A stretch of 64,000 nt of DNA from Cladosporium halotolerans (taxonomy: Eukaryota), in NCBI RefSeq assembly GCF_011745625.1, contig NW_027191464.1:1-64000 (forward strand). Direction: 5' to 3'. The position numbers and the translations under genes were made by a program. Below, one piece after another: positions 1 through 11,868 of the stretch. The notes beneath the pieces are model-generated. The model worked only from the letters and a program-made list of their open reading frames with translations, had not been told where the DNA came from and did not search any database. Position 1 is the stretch's first letter. Each line of letters begins with the position of its first letter.

Positions 1-694
1 CTGAATCTGATTATTCAGGTCCGAGCTCAATCAGGGACCTGATTGATTGATTACCTGATTGATTATCTGATTGAGAAAATCAAGATTCAAGATCTATGAT
101 GAGGCCTCACTTTGCCACAAGCGGGCTGTGAAATCGCGAACGTTAACTTCTCAAGCGAATGATCTTTTCAATCATGGAAGCTACAATATGACCTGGTAAC
201 GATATTGAACCGAAACAATAATCAAGGAAGCTGGCATAGCTCTATGACTTTGTTGTTGGCAAAATCGATGCTGTCGATGAAACGAGAACATACGTCATAG
301 TCACGATCTTGTCCACTCACATTCGTCTCGTGCAAGATGTGATATTGCCGTACAGAAGCCGTTAGTAGGACTTATGAACTGACGTTGAGATAAGCACTAC
401 TGACAATGGGTCACTTTGTTCGTCCCTTGCTTTCTTCATCCCTGAAGTTGAAGGCTGGTGGGTCGCACAGGGACGAGGGACGGATGGCTGCATTGGGAAA
501 GCTTTTGCAAATTAACTTTGATGGCTCACCTTTCGATACTACCTACAGATCGCTATACGCATCAACCTACAGCATAGGCCCATTTTTCATTCACTTCCTT
601 TCACCGTATTTACTTTGAATTAAAAGGCCCAATTGTGTCTCTTCGTGCGAAAATAAAAAACCCCTACGTTGAAGTGATCGGCCTTGATAGAACA

Positions 695-1387
695 ATGTCC
701 GATAACGATCAACGATCACATACTGCTCATGAGGGAGAAACACAGAGCGAGGAGATGATTCCTCTCCAGCGTTGTCCGCATCTATCCATCAAATACACAC
801 CAGAGAAAGGTGAGTTGAAATCGAACCGAGATCGAATCCCTCAAGCCATCATACATCAACACACTTACTCATCCCGTCTATCACCCAAGCAATTCTGAAA
901 CAACATCTAAAAAGAAAGATTGGCGCACTTACTAACCCATCCCCCTCCAGGCCGCGGTGTCTTCGCCACCGCTCCCCTCCCCGCACACACCATCCTCGAC
1001 ACCTCGCCCGTCCTCGTGCTCTCCCCCACCTCCACCGCCACGCACATCTCGCACACCGAGCTCAACCACTACACCTACAACTGGCCCCTGCCCTCCCAGC
1101 AACGCGACTCCTCCAAAACCCAGGCCCTCATCCTCGGCCTCGGCTCCATGTTCAACCACTCGTCGCTGCGGCAGAACGTCGGGTGGACGCGGGACGTCGC
1201 GCGCGAGGTCGTCGTGTACCAAACGCTGAGGGCTGTGGAGCCGGGAGAGGAGCTGTGTATTTCGTACGGGGCGCCGGGGCAGTTGACGTTTGTGGATGCG
1301 GAGGCGGAGGCGGTTAGGAGGGAGGAAGAGGAGGAGGAGAGGAGGGAGGTTGAGGGGGGTGGGGGGTTGGGGGGGATTGAGTTGTAG
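695..1387 (+). CDS. Small SET-domain lysine methyltransferase (Set7-like); join(695..809,951..1387), 183 aa
   Basis: Intron 810-950 (GTGAGT...ACTAAC...CAG) gives KYTPEKGRGVFA. SET motifs GxG (KGRGVF), GSMFNHS and ELCISYG are present. Confidence 0.88.
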
Positions 1388-1778
1388 GGGTTTGGGGTGT
1401 AATTGGGCTGTGATGGGATGGAGGCGGGAGGGTTGGTGTTTGTTTGAGATTTGTGTGGCGGGGGCGAGGTCGTGGACTAGTTGTTGCTGTTGCTTGTTGA
1501 TATTGAAAGGGCAAAGGGTATACTGATACATCTGCTACCTCGATCTTCGAATCATAAGAGAAAGGAAGGATTAGACTCGGGGAATTGGCGAAGTCAAGAA
1601 CCCGCCAGCCATCGAAAGACTCCAACGCCTCCAACACCTTGCGAGCGGTTCGTACAGGCCACCGGTCTCCCTTCAAACCCGGATGTTTCGATCCTTTTTC
1701 CCGCATCACTCCACACAAATCATAAATCGGGGAGCACAAGATTAGTACGCACCGGTAGCTTCCACATCAAAAAGGCGT

Positions 1779-3322
1779 TCAATCCTTCGATCCAACACCA
1801 TTGGTCTCCTCCGCAGGTGGCGTGCCTTTGACTTCGTCCTTCTCCTCTGCCTCTGTGCGCAGCTCATACGCCAGATCAAAGCATTCCGCCAGCAGCGCAA
1901 TGACCGAGCCCTGGCCTTCAGGGATGTCGTTGCCGACTCTGAAAGCGCCGTCTTTCTTCATGTTGTCGATGCTGTTCAGCTTCATGGAGTATGGGTACAG
2001 CTCGCGGGGGCTGTCCACGCCGCCGTTGCGCTTGACTTCTTGCAAGCATCGCTTGAGCGTCAATAGCTGGTTGTAGATGGGCAGGAGCGCCTCGCTGACG
2101 GGCTCCGAAGAGATGATGTATTGGTAGATGAAGGCGTAAGATTTGCGGAGGAGGTAGAGCAGGGTGCGCTGTGCGTGGAGATCGGCAGGTCGGCCTTGCT
2201 CGTCGACAAAGTTGCCGTTGATGCGCGACTCGTCGACCCGGTCCAATTGGCGCTGGTAGCTGTACAGATCCGTTTCGCGGAGAGACCAGGCTTGGGTCAG
2301 GTTCATCTGTTCGAGGCTGTTGCGCAGCTTGACGAGCTTGTCATATGTGTCTTGGAAACGTTCATCGATCTTGCCCTTCCTGTTCAGCTTGTCAATAGAT
2401 GTTCACACCAATGGAGCAGAAATCGAAAGACGTACTTCTCTTGAATCACTTCACACCACAGCATGCATCTCGCCAGCAGCGCCTTGACAACAACGTCGCC
2501 GTCCCGAACGCCACCCTCTGTTAAGCTCAATGTCGATAACTTCTCAGCGTAAGCATCTTCGGCACTCTTGCCGTCGTGGGAGATGCGGTCCTCGTGAAGC
2601 TCATGTTGAATCGCAAGCAATTGCGATTCGAGCTCCTTCACGTCCTTAGCGGGGAACTGTACAGATACGCTGTCAGCATGTAATTATAGAGTGACAATTT
2701 CCCTTTTTGCCAAGCATACCTTTGATCGCGTGTTGCAAGCTGACAGACTTCTCAGTATGCTGACAAGCTTCTGGTAGGTGTCCAACATCTGCGGATTCAG
2801 ATTCGAGAGGTTTGCCCGGAGCTCCTTCAGCGTGGTCTGGCAAAGAGCGATACGCGCCTCCAACAGCGTCACCAGGTGTGGCGAGTGAGTGTCCTTGCTC
2901 CTGGCTATCGAAGTCTCCCACTCTTCAATGTGTTGCGCAATGCCATCAAGATCCTTCGGGCTGTAGAAGCCGGCCTCCTTCAGATGGTCGAGCAGGCGCT
3001 TGACAGTCGATACGGCAGAGTAGACGGCGGGTGCTTCGTGGTTGCGGCCGATAGTGAGGAAGAACAGGCTGATGAGCTGAAAGCAGTCGTCCAGGACTGA
3101 GTCGAGCCGGTTCTGCTCGTCCCGCTTGTCGGCGCGCAGGCGATTGAGGGCCTCGACCTGGTCGATCAGCTTGTTGTAGAGGGCGATGACATCCTGCGAT
3201 TTGACGTAGGTGCTGCGGTCCTGCTTGAGCAGACTGAGCTGGTCGCGGAGAGTGAGGATGCGCTCGAGGACGGGCTGTTCTTGCGGATCGAGCGGTAGGC
3301 GGTAGAGGGGTGAGTCGGTCAT
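1779..3322 (-). CDS. CUB1: Conserved fungal protein, DUF2408/Cub1-like; join(3322..2720,2656..2436,2379..1779), 474 aa
   Basis: Three ORF-track segments join in phase through GTATGC...CAG and GTACGT...CAG introns. LSLLKQDRSTYVKSQDV, LTQAWSLRETDLY and PRELYPYSMKLNSID resemble the YPL260W/DUF2408 family (recalled, not searched). Confidence 0.75.
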
Positions 3323-3602
3323 GGTATATGGCGTGGAGGTGTAAGTTGTCGTATCGACTTAGTGGTGAGCCTGTCGGCGTGTCTGTAATGTGCAGAGTGG
3401 CTGATCTTACTCTCGCAGGCAAAGAGCAGTCATGCGATAGATAGGTCGGCCTCTAGACAGCCCTCCAGACCGCCGCCTCCAAAGTCAAAATGACGCAGCG
3501 CAGCAGCGCAGCCCTCGCCGTCCCACTCCGCCCCACACCGCAGCCCGAAAGCCGACGCCCGCCGCCGCGCTGAGAGCCTGAGCGCCTGGCAGCCAGCCGG
3601 CG

Positions 3603-3610
3603 CACGTGAC
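3603..3610. promoter_or_regulatory. CACGTGAC (GTCACGTG) Cbf1-type bHLH E-box in the divergent CUB1/RPP1 promoter
   Basis: Exact 8-mer about 165 bp upstream of the RPP1 ATG. Cbf1 sites are known in some fungal ribosomal-protein promoters. Function here is inferred. Confidence 0.4.
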
Positions 3611-3773
3611 CGCAAACGCCAAGCTCGGCGAAAGTGGGAGTGGGCTTCGAATTTTGGAGGAGCGGCCGGCGCGGAACCTCATTGATCGCATCAACCACCA
3701 CCCAGAGAAGAAGACCTTAACGTACGCTCCAGAAACGTTCTAGGCATCTCACCACACCACACCCACCGCAACA

Positions 3774-4315
3774 ATGTCCAACGCCGAGCTCGCCTCCTCT
3801 TACGCCGCTCTCATCCTCGCGGATGACGGTATTGAGATCACCGTACGTTCATCCTCCCCGGGCTTGACTGGCGCATGCGAAATTCACGAAAAAATTCCAA
3901 CACCCCCATATGAGGGCGACACACCCTCGCGCATGCGCCTGAAGGCCTCGCACGCACACCAGGGACCTCACTGACCGCGAAATTCCACAGTCCGACAAGC
4001 TCCAGTCCCTCATCTCCGCCGCCAAGGTCCCTGAGATCGAGCCCATCTGGACCTCCATCTTCGCCAAGGCCCTCGAGGGCAAGGACGTCAAGGAGCTCCT
4101 CCTGAACGTCGGCTCTGGTGGTGGTGCCGCCGCCCCCGCCGCTGGTGGTGCTGCTCCCGCTGCTGGCGCCGCCGAGGAGGCCCCCGCTGAGAAGAAGGAG
4201 GAGGGTAAGTTTCTTCGCACATTGCCCACACTGCCACGAGCGCATTCGCTGACGGAATTTCGCAACAGAGAAGGAGGAGTCCGACGACGACATGGGCTTC
4301 GGTCTCTTCGACTAA
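3774..4315 (+). CDS. RPP1: 60S acidic ribosomal protein P1; join(3774..3842,3991..4204,4269..4315), 109 aa
   Basis: [36 protein letters not shown]...[16 protein letters not shown], Ala-rich hinge, and the canonical C-terminus [14 protein letters not shown]. Two canonical introns. Confidence 0.97.
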
Positions 4316-5084
4316 GCGTCTCGCACCTTCGACTCTTCACGGCAGGAAAAGGAACAGACCGGCGGGATGGATTCGGCGTAGCTGCCACGGTGGTGTCTTC
4401 CCTCTGGCAAGTGCGCGGCATGGACGGCCAGGACGACATGCGGCGCTCGCTGGGGAAACGGGAAGCTTCATCTGGGATGTTTAGATTCCGCGGCCATAGC
4501 TTGAATGCATGTGGCTTTGTGTCTATGTCAGGAGACCCTTTCGTTTGTGCTTTTCACTGTTATTGTGATGTGAACTGAACGGTGTGGGCTTTTCGTCTTG
4601 CTGAGGATCGAAGTGTGATTTTCTTGATTCGTGACTACGGAGGTCTCGCTCTGCACGCTCAGTCGCTGCAGCTGACTCACTACACGTCTCCTGTGATACG
4701 CCTCGCTCCGACATGCAAATTCCCGCAACAGGACCCAGACTCACAATCATGTCCTTCGTTCTGCCCATGTCTCGTGCACCCTTAGAAAAGCAAATGAAAA
4801 CTCGACTCCGTCCCCTTCGCGTCCCATGCAATATTCCGGATGGTAGCCTGCTTGCCTGCCACCCCTTTCCGCTCAACGTCTGCTTGTCAACAGCCCTCAG
4901 AACCCGATCGAAAGTCCCATGCACAGGTTGATGCCGTCCACTGCCTCTCCAACAAAAACCCGCTCCTCCCGATTACTCCCCCAAATGCCCAAACGCCCCT
5001 TCCCACTCTCCACCCACAAGCCACAAAACAAGAAAGAAAAAACAAGGTGAGGGGGGAAAGAAATCTTACCTCACCGTCCAACAA

Positions 5085-8039
5085 TCACCGATGAATATCA
5101 ATTCTGCGCGCCGTATGCGGAAATCCTGCGTATCCAGTCTGATGCTGCTGCTGCTGCTGCTGCTGCGGTGGCGGTCCCTGATGAGCATAGCCGCCGCCTC
5201 CAGATCCAGGCTGCTGCATCATCGTATCCAGCCTCTCATGCATATTCCTGACTCCCAGCCCCGCAGGCGGCGCGCCATGCGTGTACTCATCCCCCAACGG
5301 CTGCGAAGGCGCGTACGCGAGTGTGGCCTGCGCGGCGGGGCCGAGGGCGGCGGCGAGCGGCGTGGCAGGGACGCTGGTTGGGGGCCCGGTGGCGTAGGGC
5401 AGGGAGGTGTTGAGGCCGGCGGGGAAAGGGGGCGCGAGAGACTGCGGGGAGGCGAGGCCGAAGGAGGCGTTGGGGTTGAGGGGCCGCAGGGCGGCGTGGT
5501 AGAGGGGGCTGTCGGAGATGGTTTTGGAGACGTCCTTGACGGCGCGCTGCACGGGCTTCATGACCATTTTGATCATCGTGATGTCGATGCGCTGTTGGCC
5601 GATATCTTTTACTTCGAGGGCGAGCTCGGCCCAGGTCTGGAGAGTGGGGTTAGAGGAGGTTAGTGAGGAGGGGGAGAAGAGGGGGACGTACTTGTACGAA
5701 AGCGTCGCAGAGCTGCCAGAAGTCTCTCTGGTTGCGTACGCCTGGGTCCTTGAGCTTCACCTGTTTCAGACGGCCTGACAACGCCTGGTTCGCGCGGATG
5801 ACGGCGTTGCATTTGTTGAGGGCCAGCGACCAGTAGTGCGCAGCGCGTGCCTTCCCTGCGGTCTCCGCGTTGTCCTTGTGAACAGTGAACTCCTTGTGAC
5901 AATGAGGAAGAGCGCGATACGCGACATCACAAGCAGTGCGGAGCTTGAGGAAGATTCGTTCAAACTGCTCGATCTCCTCTCCATCGTCATTTGCGACGCT
6001 GCGCATGGTGTTGGTCCTCGAAGTGGCGGCTGAGCTGAGGCCGCTGGCGAATGGCTCACCAGAGCGAAGGGCACCGGGTGTCATTGAAGTCATGGTATTA
6101 GTTCGACTGCTACCAGCATTCAAAGGAACGGGAGGTGGCATGGCGCGCAGAGTTGATTGGCTGCTAAGACTCCTCAAGATAGTCGGTCCTCTCAGCCTCC
6201 TGTTTGCGATCGGCTTTGGTTGGGTTGGAGTCACTGTCTTGCTGCTCCAGGCGCGTGATCCGCGCGTGCTCTGCTGCTCTGTCGTAGGCACAATTTTGAA
6301 CCCAAGGGATTTGCAGGTATTCCTGGCTTCGACGATGGATGAGTGAATTTGGAACATAAGACAGCGTATGGTGACTGGATCCAAAACATGGACGATCTTT
6401 CGTACGAAGCCTTTAAGCTCCTTGACAAGACTGCCGTAGGAACTTATTCCGTAGTTGCACGCCAAAGCGATATCCCTGGCAATCGCAGCCTCACGCTGGG
6501 GCGTATCTTCGGAACCGCCGTCCAGTCGGTTGAGCAAGCGGTCAAGGTTTTCAAGGTGTACATTAGCAGTGAATAACTGACGTTCCAACGCAGTACGCTT
6601 GGGTGTGCCGTCCTTTAAGCTATGTGCAATCCGCATCACTGGTCGATTAAGCTCCAGGAGGGTGTATAGCAACCGCCTGGATGCGAGGACTGGTCGCGAT
6701 TTGAGGATCTTGGCATTTGGATGTTGCTCTATGATCGCCGCAGCACGCTCGGTCTGATAGCGGTTCACTGGGCCGTCGATAGGGCTGGCAGCACCTGAAG
6801 ATATCTCGCCGTTGCCGTTAGGTGCAAGGTACCCTTGGTAGGATGAAGCGACACTGGTGTTGCGGGAATGCGATGGCTTGATTGTCCTCTGACTTGAGCG
6901 AGACGAAGCTTGGGTGGCAGTTTCGCTGACGGCGCTGAGGTCGGTCGTGGATGTGTTATTGCTGACGGTTCTCTTGCTCGGAACATAGCCTTGACGTCGA
7001 GTTCGTATGCTGCTAAGGCTAGAGACCGTGTCACTTCGGCTGCGGTTCGCTTCTCCGTTGCTAGGGTTGAATGGCGCTATGCCAGGCCTCATGCCCTGTA
7101 GGCCAAGCGTCCCTGAAGACATGCGTGCATGTGAGCGCTTGGGAATTGGCGGTGCATGGTCCGACGGAGAAGAATTCTTAAGGTCCGAGATGTTGTCGAT
7201 ACCGCTGATGCTGGGCCGTACTGGAAATCTGCCGCCCATGCCCATGCCTCGCTTGGGTGGTCGTGGTGTCTCGATGTTGCTCTCGCTATGGCTTGTCAGC
7301 AGACAGGCCAACCTTGTAATGCTCCTTATACAAACCTTGTCTCCTGATCTGAATGGCTCATCAGCCTTTCCCTAAGTGCTGCCTGCCGCAAATACCGTTT
7401 CACTTGCAGGCAAACCTCCTTCTCCTTCTCAGTCTCCAATGTTCCCACTAGCTCTTTCTGTGGTTTCAAAGCATCCGCCGGCGGGAATTCAATCGGGTTC
7501 TCGTCAAACTTGAGTCTGCTCAGACTTGCCATCTCTCCCAGCGACAGAGGGAGTCGCGTGATCTTGTTCCTCGCCAATGCCAGAAACTTGAGCGACGACA
7601 TGCGCTTGATGTCGTCAGGAATCGCGACAATACGGTTCTTGCTGATATCCAAAATCTCCAGCTTCGACAGCTGCAGGATCGCCTCCGGGAAATACTTTAA
7701 TTGGTTCCATCGCAGATTCAGGTAGCGCAACCGGTCGCACTGGACGATCTGGGTGGGCACCGCGATCTGCGGGTTGTGCGAGAGAGCCAGCCGCTCCACC
7801 TTGTCCTTGATCAATGCAATCACATCCACGGGCAACTCTCTGATGTTCTTGTGACTGAGGTCGAGCGTGACGCCGGAATGGGCATCGCGAGGCAAGTCCC
7901 CACTGTTGGCGGTGATCACGCGAGCCAGGTGTTCGTCGTCGATATCGAGCTCCTTGCGAACATATGCCACAACCTCGGCTGCGGGCATGGGCGGCTTCGT
8001 TTCAGAGGGTGTAGTGACGCTCGCGCTGTCGGACGCCAT
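5085..8039 (-). CDS. SOG2: RAM signalling network leucine-rich-repeat protein Sog2; join(8039..7336,7285..5692,5636..5085), 949 aa
   Basis: N-terminal LRRs (LDLSHKNI, LRYLNLRWNQL, LEILDISKNRI, LKFDENPIEFPP), a Ser-rich middle, and a C-terminal SOG2-type helical region (EQFERIFLKL...DFWQLCDAFVQTWAEL). Introns join in phase. Confidence 0.88.
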
Positions 8040-8602
8040 GTCGCATTATGGGGGTAAATTGAAGTCGCAGCCGACGGGCGAGACGCCGGGGACGCAGGAT
8101 TGCGGTTCGCTTCGGTATGGTCAAGCAGGGATGAGCATGTCGAGAGGGGTTCGGTGTCGCGAGTTTGGGAAAAAGAGGTGAAGTGAGGGCTGCGGACGGG
8201 CAGAGCGAATGTGGGAGTGATGGGCCGGCGTGACGTTTCATGCAGGTACTCCCGCGATTTGAGGCAGGAACGATGGGCCAGGGGTTTAGGCGATCGCGGG
8301 CAGATGTGTGGCAGCCAACCATGCGAGGATGACACGGAAGATGACGGGCGCACGCGGTTCCGCGAAAATACACGAGTGCGACGGCCTTGCTCGCCTCCAT
8401 GATTAATCGCCTCACTGCTATGTTCACCTTGGTCCGTCCGCCCTACTGTTTCATCGAATTCGAAACTCCATAGGGCGGATTCGCGGTCCGCAGATCCCAA
8501 ACGGCGCGCACCCGGCGGCATGTGGCATCGACCTTGGCCCGCCAAGCCCGGCGCTGCAGCATCGTCTTGACGGTCTGTCAACCCGCCACGTCTGGTGGCT
8601 CA

Positions 8603-9927
8603 ATGATATTCCGTATCCCAGCATGCAGAGCCTCGCTCGGCATCAGGCTGTCACCGGCAGCAAGGCTGCACGCGAGATGCTACTCCACCCCGGCCTCCCT
8701 TAACCACCTCAACGCCAAAGTCCAATCCTACACCTCGACCTCCTCGGACCCATACCTCAACCTCTCCATTGAGCACCACCTCCTTCAAACCTCGCCTCCG
8801 GACTCTGCCGTCCTCTTTCTATACACCAACCGCCCCAGTATTATCATCGGCCGCAACCAAAACCCCTGGCTCGAAGTCAACCTCGCCCTCCTCAACGCCA
8901 CCTCCAACCAGACCGCCCACCATGTCCTCCCCTCCACCGGCCTCTCCTCGCCCGTCGACCTCGTCCGCCGCCGCAGTGGTGGTGGTACCGTGTTCCACGA
9001 CTCCGGCAACGTGAACTGGACCGTCATCAGCCCGTCCGCCGCTTTCACGCGCGACAAGCACGCGGAAATGGTCGTGCGCGCGTTGCGCTCTCACGGCATC
9101 TCTCGCGCGCGCGTCAACGAGCGCCACGACGTCGTGCTCGACCAGGGCCAGAAATCCGCCTCCTCTGCCACAAACCTCAGCCCGGAAGACACGCACGCCA
9201 CTCCCTACCAGGACCCCGCGCTGCGCCCGCTCAAGGTCTCCGGCTCAGCGTACAAGCTGACGCGCGCGCGGGCGCTGCACCACGGGACGTGTTTGCTCAA
9301 CAGCCCGAATTTGAACGTGATCCCGCATTATTTGCACTCGCCTGCAAAGCCTTTCATCACGGCGAGGGGAGTGGAGAGCGTGAGTTCGCCGGTGGGGAAT
9401 ATCCTGCTTGAGAACGAAAAGTTCGAGGACGGAGTAAGGGAGCATTTTGCTGGGATGTACGGGGAGCCGGAGGGTGGGGTCATTGAGGTTGGAGAGGATT
9501 GGTTGGAGGTTGAGGGGGTTAGGAAGGGAGTCGACGAGTTGAAGGTATGTCTTTGCCGCCCTTCTGTACTACGCCAATTTACGAACTCAGAGCTAATTAC
9601 ATGCCACAGTCCCTCGAATGGACCTACCTCCAAACACCGCAGTTCACTTTCAGCTCCCGCGGCACCGCAGACGCGCCCGTCGACCGATTGCCCGGCGACC
9701 ATGACGCGCCGCTCGTCGAGTTCACGGCGCGCTACGGCGTAGTCACGCAGTGCAACGTCCAGCTTACGCCCGACTCGCCTTCCATCGGCGACGGCTTGAT
9801 CGGCAAGCGCCTGCACGAGATCGCGGACTGGACGGAGGTGCTCGCTCAGCCAGAGAGCGGCTCGCACCACGGCTCGCGGTGGGCGCAGGTGACGGAGTAT
9901 TTGCAGCGGGCCCTGCCCAGAGTGTAA
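8603..9927 (+). CDS. AIM22: Mitochondrial lipoate-protein ligase A / lipoyltransferase (Aim22/Lip3-like); join(8603..9544,9610..9927), 419 aa
   Basis: LplA motifs DPYLNLSIEH, IIIGRNQNPW, RRRSGGGTVFHDSGN, KVSGSAY and HHGT. Arg/Ser-rich presequence-like N-terminus from ATG 8603. Intron GTATGT...CTAAT...CAG. Confidence 0.88.
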
Positions 9928-10026
9928 ATGGCGGAATATGTACAGATATCTATCTTAAACGTAGAGCGAACGCACCGCTCACAAATGTAATATTACATCC
10001 ACATCATGAAATCTCTCCCCCTCCCA

Positions 10027-11457
10027 TCACTCCCCACCCTTCCTCTCCCCCTCCGCCTCCCTCAAAGCCCCCAGCACCCCTCCAACCAAATACAAACTCC
10101 CCGCCACAACAAGCACCCCCTCCTCGCCCGCAGCCTCACTCGCAGCCCTCAAACCCGCGACCAAATCCCTCCCAAACACCCCCTCCCGCCCCAAACCCCC
10201 CGCCACGCTCCTCGCGGCCTCCAGCACCTTCTCCCCAGCCATCGCCTTCACCCACGGCATCCCCTCCACGTCCCCAAACTCGACCGCGAACACCGCGTCC
10301 CCGCCCCGCAGCAGGGGCCGCAGCAGCGCCGCCACGTCTTTGCTATCGCTCGCCGCGAGTAGCCACGTCACCTGCTTGCTTGGGCTCGCGCTGCGCAGCC
10401 GCTCGACGGTCTCGGCGAGCACGAGCGCGGATTGCGCGTTGTGCGCGCCGTCGAGGAGGACGGGGGCGCGGCGGCCGGTGAGGGGCGTGATGGAGAGGGG
10501 TTGTTGGCGGCCGGGGAAAGTTGTTGCGCGGGGGACGGAGAGGAGGGATGCGAGGAGGTCGGAAGGGGGAGGGAGGTGTAGGAGGGAGAGGCGGGAGAGG
10601 GCGAGGAGGGTGGTGTGGAGGGCGACGGAGGTGTTTTGTTTTGTGTGTTGGGGGGTTGGCATGGAGTCGGGGGTTGGTGGGGATGGGGGGAGGTTTAGGG
10701 CGGCGAGGTCGGTGGCGGGGAGGGTTTGGTGGAGGAGGGAGGGGGAGGTTGTGGGAAGGTTGAGATCGGTGAGGTGGGAGATTGGGGCGTTGGTTTTGGC
10801 GGCGAGGGTGGTGAAGGTGGAGGTTACTTCGGGTGGGTTGGAAGCGTCGTAGACGAGGGGGACGTTGGGTTTGAGGATGCCGGCTTTCTCGGCCGCGATG
10901 GCTTCGAGGGTGCTGCCGAGGAAGGATTGGTGGTCCAGCCCGATCTTGGCTATTGCTGTGACGAGAGGCTGGGCTCTCATTGTTGGGTTTGAGGGCTGTG
11001 AGTCTTCGTCGACGACTTCTTGGCCAAGGATGTTGGTGGCATCGAGTCTGCCACCCATGCCCACTTCGATCACGCCGATGTCGACATTCTCGTGAGTGAA
11101 GATTTCGAACGCGGTTGCTGTAAGGAGCTCGAATTCGCTGGCATTGATCTTCTCGCTGGCGTTTCGAAGGAGAACCTTCTTCTCGATCTCGTGGAAAAGT
11201 GCCGATGACACGGGTTGCTGGTTGATGGAGATGCAGTCCCAGCGGTCGATGAGGTGAGGGCTGGTGAAGCGTCCGTGGCGTATCCTTGGCTGCTTAGAGC
11301 TGGTTCGGAATGCTGAATTGTTGTATGCTTCGAGCATGCCCGAGATGTAAACGCATATCGATCCTTTGCCGTTGGTGCCAGCGACGTGTATGGCGCGCCA
11401 TGGGAGGTGTGTTTTTGATAAGAGGCGGCTGACGCGCTGAAGGCCGAGTTCGATCAT
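10027..11457 (-). CDS. FOL3: Dihydrofolate synthetase / folylpolyglutamate synthase family, 476 aa, intronless
   Basis: MIELGL start, P-loop HVAGTNGKGS, FTSPHL, EVGMGGRLDATN, IGLDH, EKAGI, LLDGAHN, AGSLYLVG. Confidence 0.92.
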   Translation of the reverse strand: MIELGLQRVSRLLSKTHLPWRAIHVAGTNGKGSICVYISGMLEAYNNSAFRTSSKQPRIRHGRFTSPHLIDRWDCISINQQPVSSALFHEIEKKVLLRNASEKINASEFELLTATAFEIFTHENVDIGVIEVGMGGRLDATNILGQEVVDEDSQPSNPTMRAQPLVTAIAKIGLDHQSFLGSTLEAIAAEKAGILKPNVPLVYDASNPPEVTSTFTTLAAKTNAPISHLTDLNLPTTSPSLLHQTLPATDLAALNLPPSPPTPDSMPTPQHTKQNTSVALHTTLLALSRLSLLHLPPPSDLLASLLSVPRATTFPGRQQPLSITPLTGRRAPVLLDGAHNAQSALVLAETVERLRSASPSKQVTWLLAASDSKDVAALLRPLLRGGDAVFAVEFGDVEGMPWVKAMAGEKVLEAARSVAGGLGREGVFGRDLVAGLRAASEAAGEEGVLVVAGSLYLVGGVLGALREAEGERKGGE

Positions 11458-11868
11458 TCTTGCTGATGTTGTATTTCAATCGCCGCCATGCGCACCCAGA
11501 CTCATATCATTGCAAACATGAGGTGAACTCTGAATGCGGTCTAACGCTGTGCAACGGTCGTTCACGCACGCCCTGCCGGCGTGTGTCAAAGCAGCGCGCC
11601 CCACTCGGAAGCGCGCAGGCAATCAGATCCGCCTAAGCGCGCGCCATGTGGGGCTGCCCGTTCCCGCCGATCGCTCAGGGTCAGCCTCGCCGCCTCTCCG
11701 CAAAATGATGCTGATGCTCGCGCCTCGAGCTGCAACGCGCTGCTCCAAACCACCCGCCAGCCCATCGCCCGCCAACCACGCACCGCCCGCATCATCACCA
11801 CACCGCGCCCGCCGCAATCGCATGACCGCCCCGACCCTCCACGCCCACGCGACTCGCCGCCTCCCGCC

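Noticed and set aside
1..90. Imperfect CTGATT/TGAT repeats at the window start
   Set aside because: Short low-complexity tract with no spacers, terminal repeats or transposase. Not CRISPR or a recognisable element, and possibly truncated by the window edge.
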